Below are positions 49,312 to 62,300 of a DNA stretch of 64,000 nt, piece after piece; positions within the stretch are counted from its first letter, which is position 1; each line of letters opens with the position of its first letter. Made by a program: the position numbers and the translations under genes. This DNA comes from Pavona decussata (taxonomy: Eukaryota), in contig CDRNST010000221.1 in assembly GCA_977016875.1 (NCBI GenBank), forward strand, positions 124,001-188,000, written 5' to 3'. The notes beneath the pieces are model-generated. The model saw only the letters and a list, made by a program, of their open reading frames with translations. It ran no database searches and was not told where the DNA came from.

Positions 49312-49717
49312 CTGAAGGAGTGGATCTAGACTGCGGACAGAACAACATGACAATCACTCTTCCCAAGTCCCTTCTCTTGGGCCTGGACCGTGAGCACCTG
49401 AGGCTGATAGACGTACACTGCAAGGCATCTGAAAATCTTACGCACTTCTTCCTGTCAACAAAGCTGACGGGTTGTAAAACAGAGCTCAGGCATAAAGGAG
49501 ATTACGCCATTTACAGCAACATGGTTTCTGAAATTCCTATCAAGCAAAATCAAATCATAACCCGCGTGCGCAACGCTATGATACCGTTCTATTGCTTCTA
49601 CTCAAAATGGGGCGTGGTCTCGTCGATCGGAATCAAGCCAATGAGCAAGAAGGTTGTTCTGTCTTCTAGAGGATTTGGGAGATTCACTATCACTTTGGAT
49701 TTGTTCAAGAAAGACAA
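49312..49717 (+). CDS. ZP-N domain exon
   Basis: VDLDCGQNNMTITLPKSLL..C..LTGCKT..IYSN..IITR..IPFYCFY..GFGRFTITLDLF; AG/GT boundaries. Confidence 0.85.
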
Positions 49718-50395
49718 GTAAGTCAGGAGATTTCATTAATATTGTGAGGAACGCTGCTTTGCTAGAATTTGATGAAAGTGTACTGTTTAACAAATTAATG
49801 ATCTTCTGAACTTTTTTCCCTTCAATGTTTTAATTAGGAATCCTTGTGCCTGTACTCAGTTGATGATGAGCATGGCCATACCAAACACATTCACGTCACA
49901 GCGTGTTCACGTTCTTGTTTATTTTAAGCTTGAACTTCACTCCAATTCAAAGGATCCTTGCTAACCAATCAGGAGGTTGACACAATTTTCACGCGGACCG
50001 AAACTTAAACTTTCTCGGGAAATCGTAATCTTGACCGAGTCTACAAATAGAGAGATCTGTGAAAATACCGTCCCACACAGTTAATATAGGAGTTGTACGC
50101 TCCCAGTAATGAGCTTCTGATTTTGCTTAGCTTTTTGCTTGTAGATTAATTAAGCTTGTTCTTGCAATAATAAGTTCGATATAGATTACAGACTGCAATA
50201 ATTACATGAATGATTTTTACTGTTAGACTACTGTTCTCTGTGTTGAAAAAACATTTGAAGGGTGGAGTTACCCCTTTATGTGGCAGAATCTCCCAAACAG
50301 CGTGCGTTTCCTCGAAGCCCTTGAGATGGATTATAACGAAGACTTTCTTTCTGTGTTTGTAAGTAATAAAAAAGTGTACTGACTTCTATTTTCAG

Positions 50396-50563
50396 TTTCT
50401 GAAATCAATTTTCCCAACAAGACTTCCCTGTTAGGGAGAGAATGTTTTTTGAGGTGCAAGTTGACACTGAGGATGATCGGTTAACAATCCTTGCCTTGGA
50501 TTGCCTTGCCATGCCTTCCCAGGACAGGAATTCAGAGCCCAGATACGATGTTATTAAGGACGG
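50396..50563 (+). CDS. ZP-C exon a (contains an in-frame stop)
   Basis: F*NQFSQQDFPVRERMFFEVQV..LDCLAMPS..YDVIKDG|gtgcgt. Confidence 0.7.
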
Positions 50564-51088
50564 GTGCGTTTATAAAACTCCTCTTGATATATTTTCCACT
50601 GTTTACTCATTTTGTCTTCCTTATTTAATGCTGAAGAAATGCCATGTGCTTAATAGAGCGATGTTGGACCTTGGAACAATTATGTGCAAACAAATCCAAA
50701 TTAATAGACCAAATGAAAAAATGGCAATTTGATTGGTTCAGAGAGCAAAGCAAATGCCTGTGGTTTTTTGGTGGGCTTCGATCTTTCACCCCTGCGTTTG
50801 TTTCAACCGTGGCGGGTGAAAAAAAAAGCCGGAAGAGGCGTCTGCTTTCGCAGGCTGTTCAGTAATATACTGTAGCAAACCAACCTGAAGCGTTATTCAT
50901 ATAATTATTGTCCAGACACAGTAATTACTGGATTTCAATCCTCTTTGAAGGTGCAATGCTCTTTAGTGGCGCTAGGACTGACTCGTACAGTAAAATAAAT
51001 CATTTGCCTGCTTTTGATTCAAAGCGTTCGTGTGTTATTAAAAGTCAAAGCAAACCCCATGATACATGATATATATCTTGCTTCATAG

Positions 51089-51417
51089 ATGTTCAGTTGA
51101 CAAGACGCTAAGGTTCCATCCCCGCCCAGACCCGCAGACTCAGCGTTTTAGCCTGGAAGCCTTCCAATATGTCAGCAAACACCCTCAAGTCTTCTTCCAC
51201 TGCAAGGTTAAAGTTTGCAACGTAACTGATCCAGCCTCGTGGTGTGAACAAGGCTGCATTAAACGAGAGCGACGAAGTACTAAGACTCTCCCTGACAACA
51301 TAGATGACGTGTATTCTCTGGCCCAGGGTCCGCTCACACTGAACCGAGAAAAGTGGGGGACGGACGCAGACGATCAAGACCTCGATTTCCATAAGGGCAC
51401 TCGAGTGTTAGAAAACA
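51089..51417 (+). CDS. ZP-C exon b with furin-like cleavage site
   Basis: CSVDKTL..QRFSLEAFQY..VFFHCKVKVC..SWCEQGC.KRERR..LAQGPL. Confidence 0.85.
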
Positions 51418-54400
51418 GTATGTATTGTTGGGTCAAGGAGGAGAGGAGAGTGAAAATATAAATAATCTAAACCAGGAGCCCATTGCCCAGAGCGTACAAC
51501 TGTTATATGTTCGTGTGATGGCGTTTTCACCTTAGATTGAAGTCCCCACAAATCCGGTCTCCCAAGGGAACCATTCTAGCTTTGCACAATTTTCATGTGA
51601 ACCGGAATTTAAATTTTCGCGGGAAATAGTACTCCCATACGTATCTAAACCTAAACCGACATGTGTAAACGCCGTTGCGAAGGCCAAGAATGGCAGTTAT
51701 TCGCTCTGAGTAATGGGCTTCGGCCTAAACGAATTTACTTACAGCAAAATTAATTTAAGTGTTATTCGTTAAAGTATCAAAGTACAACTACCTTGGATAA
51801 TAGGCTAATGGTTATCATAGCGTAAGAGCTATTTTGGCAAGGTGCTTCAGCAAAGTGAACCCTTTTCAAGACCAGACACTTTCCTTACCTTCCCCTCTTA
51901 AAGGAAAAGTACTAGAGTATCTCAGCTTCTACAGACGAGTGGCTTTTCTGGATAATGAGATAAACCGGACAGAAACAGCTATTTCAAATTCCAAAAAGAA
52001 TCTCAGCTAATGCGAGCCTCGTTGGCTATCTATAATTTATTATAACCCACCCATCAATTTTCGCACGATTTTATTTTATTTTAAAGGGAACTGGGTGCTG
52101 AGAGACTCCTGGAACACATTGGCACACATGCACACGGCATACACGAAGGGAAATTCCGGAGACTCAGTAGTCGCTTAGGGTCTTTTACTAGAGCCCTTTT
52201 GAATTGGTTCATAACGGTTTTTAAATTTTGTTTTGTATCTTTTGCATTTCAGACAGGGACTAGATGCACGAATAGTACAAACGATGGGGAAATCACAGTT
52301 TGAAGGGAAAGGTCTTCGCGACGTTTCCCGAGAGAACCCGATTTCCCTTTCGTACATGATTTTTATATTAGAATTAGAAAAATACAATTTACCGACCAGA
52401 AGGAAACATTTGGAACAAATAGAAGGTGAAAGTTGAAGTTGAAAGAAATTAATTGCTAGGGTACTTTCTTTATGATTTCCACTAATATTTTTATTCTAGG
52501 TTTATCTTTCCATTTTCCTTGATTTATCTTGAAAGCTCCCTCAATCACAAAAAGGCAGTTCTCCTCTAGCCTTCCGCCCACCCCACTCCATGCTCTTTAA
52601 ACGGGAGTTGGACTAGATTTCGTTTCTCTCGATGCTAACAGCCTTGTTTGTGTTTGTTGTCGTTGTTGATGATGTTGTTAAGGGGTTCCTTTAATACCCA
52701 TATATAATACTTGCTTGAACTGCCCTTGCACGCTGTCGTTTAGTGCCGAGTGTCCCGTTTAAACGCCCCCATCTGAAATGATCATACCTTATTGCCATTC
52801 TAACCTTCGCCAGAAATAAAGGATGTTTTAAAGGGCTTTTATTTCACCCATTTTGAAATAACTGGTGATCCTTGTTATAGGATTGGCTCTCAGTTAGCTG
52901 TGCGATTTATTCACGAATTGTTCTGTTGTTGTTGTTATTTTTTCGTCTAAATCACATTCTTTTCTTCAGCCCATCAAAATGAAAATGAAATAATGATAAC
53001 CAATCACATTTCATGCATTATAATACCTCCACTAGGCAAACAGTTTGCAGAAACATTTAGAACAAAAAGAGTCATTTGGGGGTGGGGGGATTTGGCAATT
53101 TCTGTTGACCAAATTCCCCCTCAGTTTTCCAGAGAAAGCCGGGTTTCTTGAAGTGGATAAATAAATAGTAATGCTGACAAAAATAAACTGTATGATTTCA
53201 AAATGGGTGAAATAAAGTGATAATTGAACGTGTCGTGCAATTTTGGTCAGCGTGCTCGTTCGATTTTGAAATCACGTGTATGTTTCAGCCCAAATCGCAC
53301 TCCACTCAGTTCAATTACCATTATTTATTGTTATTGTTATTTCGTCTCAAAGATTTACTGAAAGGTTTCTAGTAAATTCTCGAATGGGTGAGCAATCTCT
53401 ACAGCTTGATGATTTCTTTTCTAAAGGGCAACGGTGACACGCACTTGAAATGATGGCCTTGGCGTTTCAGATTGCAAATCAATCCCTCATCAATACCTCC
53501 CGTATTTAAAATTTATCACACTTATAAACCGGTGGCTCCCTTAAAAATTTAAACAATTTTATTTATCAGCAATATCAAAAAACAGTTTTACACTCATAAA
53601 TCGGTGGCTGTCATAATAGAAAAGCTAAGGCAGAAATGAAATACTTGTTGCTACAGATAACTGAAATGAATCTAATGCTAATGGAGATATTGTAGAAAAA
53701 TATATAAACTACTGAAATTGAACGCAAGGCTTCAATACATAATTGAGCTGAGTGAATTAAGACTTAGTGGCTCTTTATTCCGGCAACGTTCTATCTAACG
53801 GCTAACTGACCTTCTAGGCTAGACTTCATGTTCACTTCATTCAATTTTGAACCCTGTTTGGCTAAGAAACGCTTGAACTATTAACGATGAGTAAAAAATA
53901 CGCGAGACTTTTGTAAACAAACAAGCTATCCTACTTCATATAAAATAAGTTTACTGGTCGACTTCTTTTCTCGCTGTGAATTCATTTGATATCTTATTTT
54001 AAAAGTAATTAAAGAAAGGCGCTTTTAAAGAACGTCACCAAGTGGCAAAGTTCTTTACCTACAATACAAACAACGGGAAATTTAATAAAACTATCTTTGC
54101 AATTGCATGTAACTAGCTAAAGCTGTTACGTTTGCAAGACTTAATCCCACTTTGTGGGGTGAGTGTAACTAACTGCCAGGGTATACACATGAATTGTATT
54201 ATCGTTTTAGTGTTGGTCCTTGTCGCTTGACAGGATACAGCTTTGTGGAAAAAGCTCTTTCGCCAAAATCGATCTTATCAAAAACGGCCATAGGGCTACG
54301 GGTCTAGCCGGTTGAGCTTACCCTGATTAAGGCCGCCAATCATTAGATGGTCCTATGTGGTGTACGCCCTAAGCAACTAAATCGCGAGACAACATGACAA

Positions 54401-55464
54401 CAATTATTTTCAGTCTAAGATTTAAAATTGCTGACGCTGAAATCTAGAGATTTTTGTGAAACACCAGGACGAGACGGCTAAATCATTGTAAACAAATGGA
54501 TAAACTCTAACAAGCTTTTGTGATTGATTAACGACCAAAATTCGTCTCTGGCTGGTTATTTCTTCACTACTAAGTCACACAAGAAATAAAGCATACTGTT
54601 GGAAATACAGCCTACATTGTAAGAAATTTCTGAGGCAGGTTTGATCAAACTTTAACTTAAAGTCCTTAGCGGCTGCTACAGCATCTACTAGGACTTGCTT
54701 GCTAATGTCCAAGAAAGCCTATCATGAAGGCTCTACGTAGCCACCACAATCGTTTCTCAAAATTGTTCTCATTATTTGGTTTATAAAATGTAATCACAAA
54801 GAAAAACTAAAACCGCTACCGCTATCCTTTACATGACAACAGCGAGATTAGCTTGAAGCACGTTGAGGCATTAAAATACAGTAGCGTCGCTTTTTATAGG
54901 TTCCTTCACCGTCTGAATGCGTCGTTGGAACTGGAAAGCAAAGACAAACGCCTATTAAAAGAAATTTCAAGAAAAAAACTCCTAACAAGACGTAAAAGAC
55001 GCAGATATACAGCTGTGAACTCTCCCCTCGCTGCAACAAAGACAATCATTGAATCACACTGCATTTACAAGGGGAGTAACTGTTATATGCTATTGTATTA
55101 TTACAGTAACGCGGGCACCGTTGATAGAAGTACGAGAGAGGTTCATACCGTACCGGACAGGTTTCAAACTGGCAGATCGCTAAAGGACTTCCGATTACCT
55201 GTTCCCAAGTTGCCACGAGCAGGACGAATCAGTAAAATAATTCCACTCTCAAGAGCGGAGCGAGAAGCTCGACAAAAAAGCTTGCGCTAGATCGTTGCCT
55301 CATCGTAAGAAACTTGAGGTCTTTGCGGTACAGTTTTCTTACAGCACAAAAACAATCTACCACATTGTAAATACAGGGTTAACCTGACAAAAAGACAATT
55401 AGCACTAATTTTAAAGAATTGGGTTTAGATAGGTAGATTTCAAATTTTCTATTGGAAACAAACC

Positions 55465-55743
55465 TCAGAAAATTCGGCTTCTAACTCCTTGGACAATCCT
55501 CTTGGCTAGTGTCAAGGCATCTTGGGCCATCTGGACATTGTACACTTCGTTTGGAATCCGGGGGGCGCTCACCATGTCTGGATACCGCATGCGTGTGTAA
55601 CCACCCACAACTCCCTCCAACTGGCTGGCAAACTGAAGTAGTTCAGGTTCATTGAAACTGTAGCAAATTTGAACCAAGTTGTGGACGTTCGATTTTTCTG
55701 CATCTATGGTGTACTGGACAGCTTTTAGGGCCTTCTCTGCTGC
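55465..55743 (-). CDS. SACS: Sacsin-like gene 2, last exon (HEPN)
   Basis: ccatag|GCA GCA GAG AAG; AAEKALKAVQY..HNLVQI..RMRYPD..IPNEVY..RSRIF*; 279 nt. Confidence 0.92.
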   Translation of the reverse strand, partial: AAEKALKAVQYTIDAEKSNVHNLVQICYSFNEPELLQFASQLEGVVGGYTRMRYPDMVSAPRIPNEVYNVQMAQDALTLAKRIVQGVRSRIF

Positions 55744-56351
55744 CTATGGACGTAACATTTTCTGTCATTAGGCGTCGTCACGAACGTATAGTAAACGGAA
55801 ATAACCTGTTCCAAGAGTGTCGGTACGTAACCAGGTACATTAACTTTACGAACTGACTGACACCACCTTTCCATTCCTGGATGCCACTCAAAGCAGTGTT
55901 TTTTGGATTGACGGTGTAGCTCTTACTATAACCACAGCCATCACATAATTAGGGCCCTTGAAGTACGCTTGTAATGAATCCGAAAAACATTTACACGCCA
56001 CTAAAAGGTCTATCAATTCAAACCAATTATCTTGGCAACTTTCTCCTTAATTACACTTGTGAATAAATAAAAATGCCATGGTTTGCTAGAAATCAATTCA
56101 ATAATTATAAGCATCTTTTGTAGTCGAGCCTCTTCGTTTCACAGTGGCATACAGCATTGATGGCAACGGCTGTTGTGACTGTCGTTTTCAGATGTGACGT
56201 CATTGCAAACTAAATGACAAAAAAGATTATGCTTCAAAGCTTTCCTGTCATCTCATTTCAAGGCAATTTCTTACATTTACATTGCTCGATTGTAAAAGGC
56301 CCTTACACTGATTCTATTCTGACAACAAAGTGAAACAAATGTAAGCCATAC

Positions 56352-59300
56352 CTGGTGGCACTTGAAACAAGCCCATTCGTAGGACGGTCTAATGCACGTA
56401 ATGTCGTTTTCTACTGCAACGATATCGGCCTCTGCCTGTCGGAACCATCGCCTGGCTTCTCCTGGTTGTGGATTCGGTCTTCGGGTGGTACGTTCACGAA
56501 ACGGCTGCCTTGTTCTGTATCCTTCGCGCTGGGTGTGATGTTGCCTTGCACGTCTCCCCCAACAAGTGAAAAAATCATCGTACGAACCATGCTGAGTTCC
56601 AGTGGCACCCATGTTCGTAGCTTGTTGGCTACCTCTAGGTTCACCTCTTTCCAATCGATACATTTCACTCTGTAGATGTTTGCAAACCTCATTGCAGAAT
56701 TCCTCATCACCCACATTCTTATCAGGATGCCACCGCAGATACAGGCGCTTGATGACTTTCCGACGTTTGTCTTCTGGCATTTTCCATGCCTCTTCCAAAA
56801 GATCTGAAATCTCGTCAAACACCTCCTTTTTATTTCTACTTCTGGGTCGCTGGACGGGGTCTTGGGCAGAGCTCTGTCGCTGAACATCAGAGACGACAAC
56901 CGCTGAAGACGAAGGGGATTCTAAACGGTGGAACTTGTACAAGTCCGTGGCATCAACGTCTTTCTCTTGGTTACCTCCAATGTCAATTGTGTACCTCCTC
57001 GCAAAAAGAGGACGATCTTGAGCCGTCACCTCCTTGACAATCCTTGCGTAGATGTACGTTGCGACTCCGTCTTCTTGATGTAGGCTCGGATCTTCGAGTT
57101 CATATCCCACGTATTCACCTGGTTCAAATTCTTCAAATGCATCATTCAACAAATGATGCTCATCCAGTGGAATAAAAGTGCCTAGATTGGGAAAGATGTC
57201 CACCTCTGCTTCACAGTTGGAGTCATCTGGTCGAACTTTCAGGGAGTCTAATAGGGACCGTACACCGCTCGGGGGACAGTTCAAAATCTGAAAGATTAAC
57301 CCTGCTTTCTTTCCAAGAAGGTCTCCATATAACTCTACAATCACGTGAGAGACCCAGGATATGACTAAAGACTTATCAGCCATTGCTGCTACAGCATCTA
57401 GATACAACTTCCGCATTTCTCCACCAGATGTCGTTCTCTTTTCCAAGAAGTAAGGAACTTTGGCTTCACTTTCCGGAATGGGATTGCCGTCATAAAAAAG
57501 AATGGTTTTAAGGTTACTGACAGCGCAGATCTCAATACCTTGAAGTCCATTTTTGATTTGTCTTATCACCGCTTCATCAAGATACTTGTTGTGAGAGTTC
57601 TCGTCTCGAATCAGTCTGACTAATCCAGAAAAGAACTGTGGCGAGGACAGCCGTTGCTTCATCAGGGTCACATCTTCAGATGCCATCAATACGTTACTCT
57701 GCGAGTCACTGAGTTTTTCATCAACCACGGAAGATAGCATTTTAGGTCGTATTGTTGTCGGCAGCTTCATCAATAACTCCCTGTAGTTAGTCATGGTGGA
57801 ATGGCATGTCACATTCATCTTTCTAAGGTCAAGCAATAAATGGTGCTGAAACTTTTGCAGACGATCAAGAACATCGGGGGATTGGTCATTGAAAATCAAC
57901 TTTGAAGACTCGTGCATGGTCACTGGCAAGTGTGGTGGCACACTAAGGCTACCATATCTATCTAAGAAACTTCTTTGCGATGGGATTCCTGGTAGGTGTA
58001 GTTCCAAAAGGCTCTTAACCTCTTCCACCTTATTCTCCAGCTGTTCAAAGAAACCTTTCTCCGCCTTGACACAGATAATGACTTCATTTGGGTGTAGTTT
58101 AGCACTTTTGCATTTTTCGTACAACTTCTTTAGCACCATGGTGTAATGGCTAATCGTTACATGTTTATTACAGCCAATTCTCTGAAACAAAGGATGAAAC
58201 TTTCCAAATTCTAGCGGAACTCTGTAGAGAAATGGCTTAATTTCAAGGTAGTCATACAGGTCAAGTACCGCTTGGCTTGGTAGAATGAATTTCTTTCCTT
58301 TCTCGACCAAAATGCATGGTGTATTTGATAGCAGTTCTGTGGTTTCATTGCTTGTGATAAGCTGTGATTGCAAAAACTCGTAAATGCATTCCATGACTGC
58401 TATTTTCGTGTCACACTGCCTAGGCGAAGAATTTTCCCTCTCGTTTTTGCTTCCAAGATGGAAACAGATGGTTTGACAGTGGTCAATAACGAGATCTACA
58501 GATGGCGTCTTCATAATTTGAAGCTGAGCGATGAAAGCATTACAGTATTGGTCAATTTTGGTTCCCGAAGGACAACCAAGCTCGCGCTTCCGATGGGTAG
58601 GATCCGCCCAACTTGGAAGTAAATGCGTTTTTGTCCAAACGATCTCTGCGTAATGGGAAGGAGCTGCTCTTTTGAATGCACAAAAAAAACTCTGACCATT
58701 TGTCGTCGCTTGCCATGGTTGACATAAGTCTTGGAGGTCTTTTTTAACAGGATCACTGGCTACAAAACGAATATCGCAGACAGCTTGCAGAAGTCCTTCT
58801 GCCACAACATTGGGTCGTCGTATCAGGTATTTTACCAATACCTGTGATTTCTTTCTGGTGTTGCCGGTTGGCTCTGTTGCTGCCTCACGAGCAACTTCTC
58901 TAGCAAATCTCTTGAAGTGATCCTGAGAAACCACTCCAACTAGACCAATTCTTCGCAAAACTTTTAACCATTCTATTGAGTCAAGAGGTTTGGGCGGGAA
59001 GTTGTTCGGCGAGAGCATGGTGGTGAACACCTCTACACATGGGTCATAAAACGAAGATGCGGTTTTTAGGGAGCCATCTGCTGAGGGAATGAATGGAGTG
59101 TGTCTGAAGCAGTCCAGAAGCCGTTGCATGTCGTCTTCTGATGTTGCAGGGTTTGACAGAATATCTGTACGAATGTACTCTAGATGTGACTCCCTTGCGT
59201 CTTGGCTAAAAATGTGCAAATTTGGTAAGATCCATGTACAATACACGTCTTCAGCAGTTACGCACTCAAGAGCAAAGAACTTGAAAAGCCTCGAAAGACT

Positions 59301-62300
59301 TTCCCAGGATTCCAGAAATACAACATCTAACTCACGCTCCAATACTTCAAGTTCTATTCTTGGTACCTCAATTGGCAGGACGCAAGCTCTGGGATGTTGA
59401 TCGAGTCGTATGAAGCCTCCGTGTGTTGCAGGGTAAAAAGGTAGCTTCCTTAGCTTGCTTCCGTCGGTCTCTTTAAGGCTGCTCACACTTCTGCTAAAGT
59501 ATTCCAGGAGCACTTTACAGTCTGCAGACTTCAGCTTTTCCGGTGACTGTCGGTCCATTTCAATCTTTTCATCAAGCGCTGTTAGTAGAGATGTTGGAGA
59601 CCTCAAAGATGAGACCATTAAACGAGCCAGTGAAACTCCATTAGATGATGAATACATAGTCATTCCAGAGCTCAAGGTTGACAGCATAGCATAATTAAGC
59701 TCAAGCACTCCGAGTTTTCGTAACACTTCCACGACATCAAAATTTGAAGCATCTGGACTACCGTAATCAAGGACGGATGATGCTTTGCACAGAGGAACAA
59801 GAAACTGTGCGGCTGGCTGGGGCACGCTGGAAGAAACAAACGGAAGCAGCGACTTCTTTTTCTGTACGATTTTCACGTTATTGGCTGGGAGAATACTCCA
59901 GTTAGCCAGGGAACCAATTTTAGCTTTAATGCGTGCGTGCCGAGAATCTTCAGCTATTTTTGGATCATCGAGAATATCCCTTGTAATCTCGCCTAGAAAA
60001 ACCCACACTCTGGATATCCATCGTTGGTTGGGCGTTGTTTTCTGATCTGGAGACCACTGAACAAAGGCGCCTTTTTCGTAGCACTCACGAGGCAATGTCT
60101 GAGGTAGGTTTTGGGTGAACCCTTCTGCATCCAGGGGCCTCAAAACGGATGATTTTAAAGTCGGTTCATCACTGAACAATTTCCGGTACACTAGCTCGTT
60201 TAAAAAAACTTGTGGGGAACCAGGTAAAATATCTTTAAATCGAGAAAAAAACTTTGGGTCTTTGCTTGAGAACAACTGAAGGCAATTATCTTGCGTTAAA
60301 AGCATAGGAAGACCTGGCAGTTGATCAAAAAAGTGCTCCATCCCTTTACAGTACAGCAGCATTAGAACAACCCCAAGGGCATCTCTGAATGGTGTTGCGT
60401 TTACGTTACAGGGAATCTGTCCAATCTTGCACAGTGGTTCTTGAGAGCTAATAGACTTGTAGAAGTCGACCACAGACATGGGAGAAACAGCACAAGTAGG
60501 AACTTGTGATCGCTGAAAAGAGACATTCAGCGCCGTGGAAAAGGCCAAAAGGTTAAAGCCACTTTCGAGTAATATCTCTTCAAACCTTGTTCTTGCTTTC
60601 GTTTGGAAATCATCTCTTTTCTCCTCAGATACCTTGACAAAAGGTTCGGTTTCTGCAAGGTTGTTAAAGAATGCTTGACTTTTTTGATGTCCTGTTGGCG
60701 GAAACCAAGTAATCTCAACCACCGACGTGTTGTCCAAGACTTGCTGCGTGACACCCAAAGGCGTTTTCCTAACAACTGGCAGCAATTTTAACCCTTTCAA
60801 GTTGATTTCCTGGTAAACAGTATCCACTAATGTCTTCCAGTAAGGCTCTGTAGGTGGTATGAGTGGAAAGAATCTTTCATATGCTCTGATTCTCTGCAAT
60901 ATCTCATTTTCCGTGCACATCACAACGCAAGGGGTGCCGTCTTGAGCGATGGGCAGGTGAAGGAAAGTCCGTACTTCATCTAGAAGTGTGAGGTAGCATG
61001 AAGCCACCACATCTCTCAGTAAAGCATTATTCCAGTCACTGCGATACCCACCCGCTTCGTCTCTCCACAAATTTCGTCTTGCCTCGTGGTCGAGTGCAAA
61101 GTGTCCATTGATGTGCACTGGCAGATCAGTTTCGAACGGGAGAGGGAGGAAGCAGTAAACTTTGTTTCCTCTTCTATCAGAATCTCGCGATTTCGTCTCC
61201 AAAAGACCGGCAACACCACCACGAGGAAGCATACCAAGCTCGTGCTTCTTAAAGGCGTTGGTGATACTGCTATTCAGTTTCTTCTCAAAACCAATTTGCT
61301 GAACTATTAGCCATTTTTCTTCGTTTCCTAAGTTATCTGCGATCTTCAAAACATAGGAAACTCTTGCTACTTGAATATCACTTGGAAGAAGATCCTTTTC
61401 TCTCTTCATCGTCTCTCCAATCTGTTTGATTTTATTGGCAAATGCTCGTCTTTTGGCTTCATCATCCTTTGACATCGTTGCCTCGACCGAATACAATTTC
61501 GTCAGTCTACCACTCTTGTCATTCACTTCACAAAGAGTGATTTTATTCACATTGTTCACAAAAAGAAGAACTTCAAACAGCTCCTTTTTCAAGTCTTCCA
61601 TCAACGTATCCAGCCTACTTAGTGTCACGGGACTAGATGATATTTGAGACACCATGGCCATCTCCCGTGTTCGTAAAGGAAATCTGAACATAGTCCCGTT
61701 ATCAGTGGAAAAATGATCCTGTAGATAGCAAGGGAAAACGTCTGGGAACATTGACTTTAGTGTTGTGATGTTTTGTAACATTATTCCAGGCTCTTGAATA
61801 GTTGCACCAGGAACGTATTTGCAGTGAGGATCAAAGGCACACAAAACATCACCAATGTCGTTTCCCTTTGACATAAAAGAAGGCACATCCGTCAAATGGT
61901 ACACAGCGTTGAAGCCGACTCCGTACTGACCAGTCTTGTTTGGATCTTCTCCCTTGCTTCCCTCACCAAGGTTATGTATTCCCTCGATATCTGCCTTGGT
62001 GAATGGCTTGTTGTTGTACACACAAAGCGCAGGACCCTGCAGTGGTTTCCAACTGTCTTCAAAAACTCTTCCATCAGGATGGTGCCTGGGATCCTTAATG
62101 AAGAAAATCTCTGTGGCCTGTGCATCATCTGCATTTTGCAGTAGCTCTTTCAATATTTCCTTCTCACAAGGATAGCCAGTTAGAATACGCTTCAAACGAT
62201 TTGTGAGCTTCTCCCGTTGTCCAAAGGGAATTCCTAGTAGATGTGGTCGCAGGGCTTCCTGTCGCCGTGTTCTCACACACAGCTGACGGCATATCGCCAA

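Larger units (their letters stand above)
43330..51417 (+). pseudogene. Secreted EGF/calcium-binding EGF + ZP-domain gene (OIT3/uromodulin-like), apparently disabled
   Basis: Exons: signal peptide ~43330-43436 (frameshifted), EGF 44929-45048, EGF 45908-46024, cbEGF 46844-46969, truncated EGF 47542-47638, cbEGF 48220-48345, ZP-N 49312-49717, ZP-C 50396-50563 (in-frame TGA at 50400-50402), ZP-C 51089-51417 with furin-like RERR; no clear transmembrane exon found. Confidence 0.72.

Noticed and set aside
50400-50402. TGA as selenocysteine or readthrough
   Set aside because: It is not at a conserved Cys position, no SECIS was recognised, and the other lesions point to pseudogenisation.
54853-55290. 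145-aa plus-strand ORF
   Set aside because: Non-ATG start, no recognisable domain, and it lies antisense in the probable 3'UTR of gene 2.
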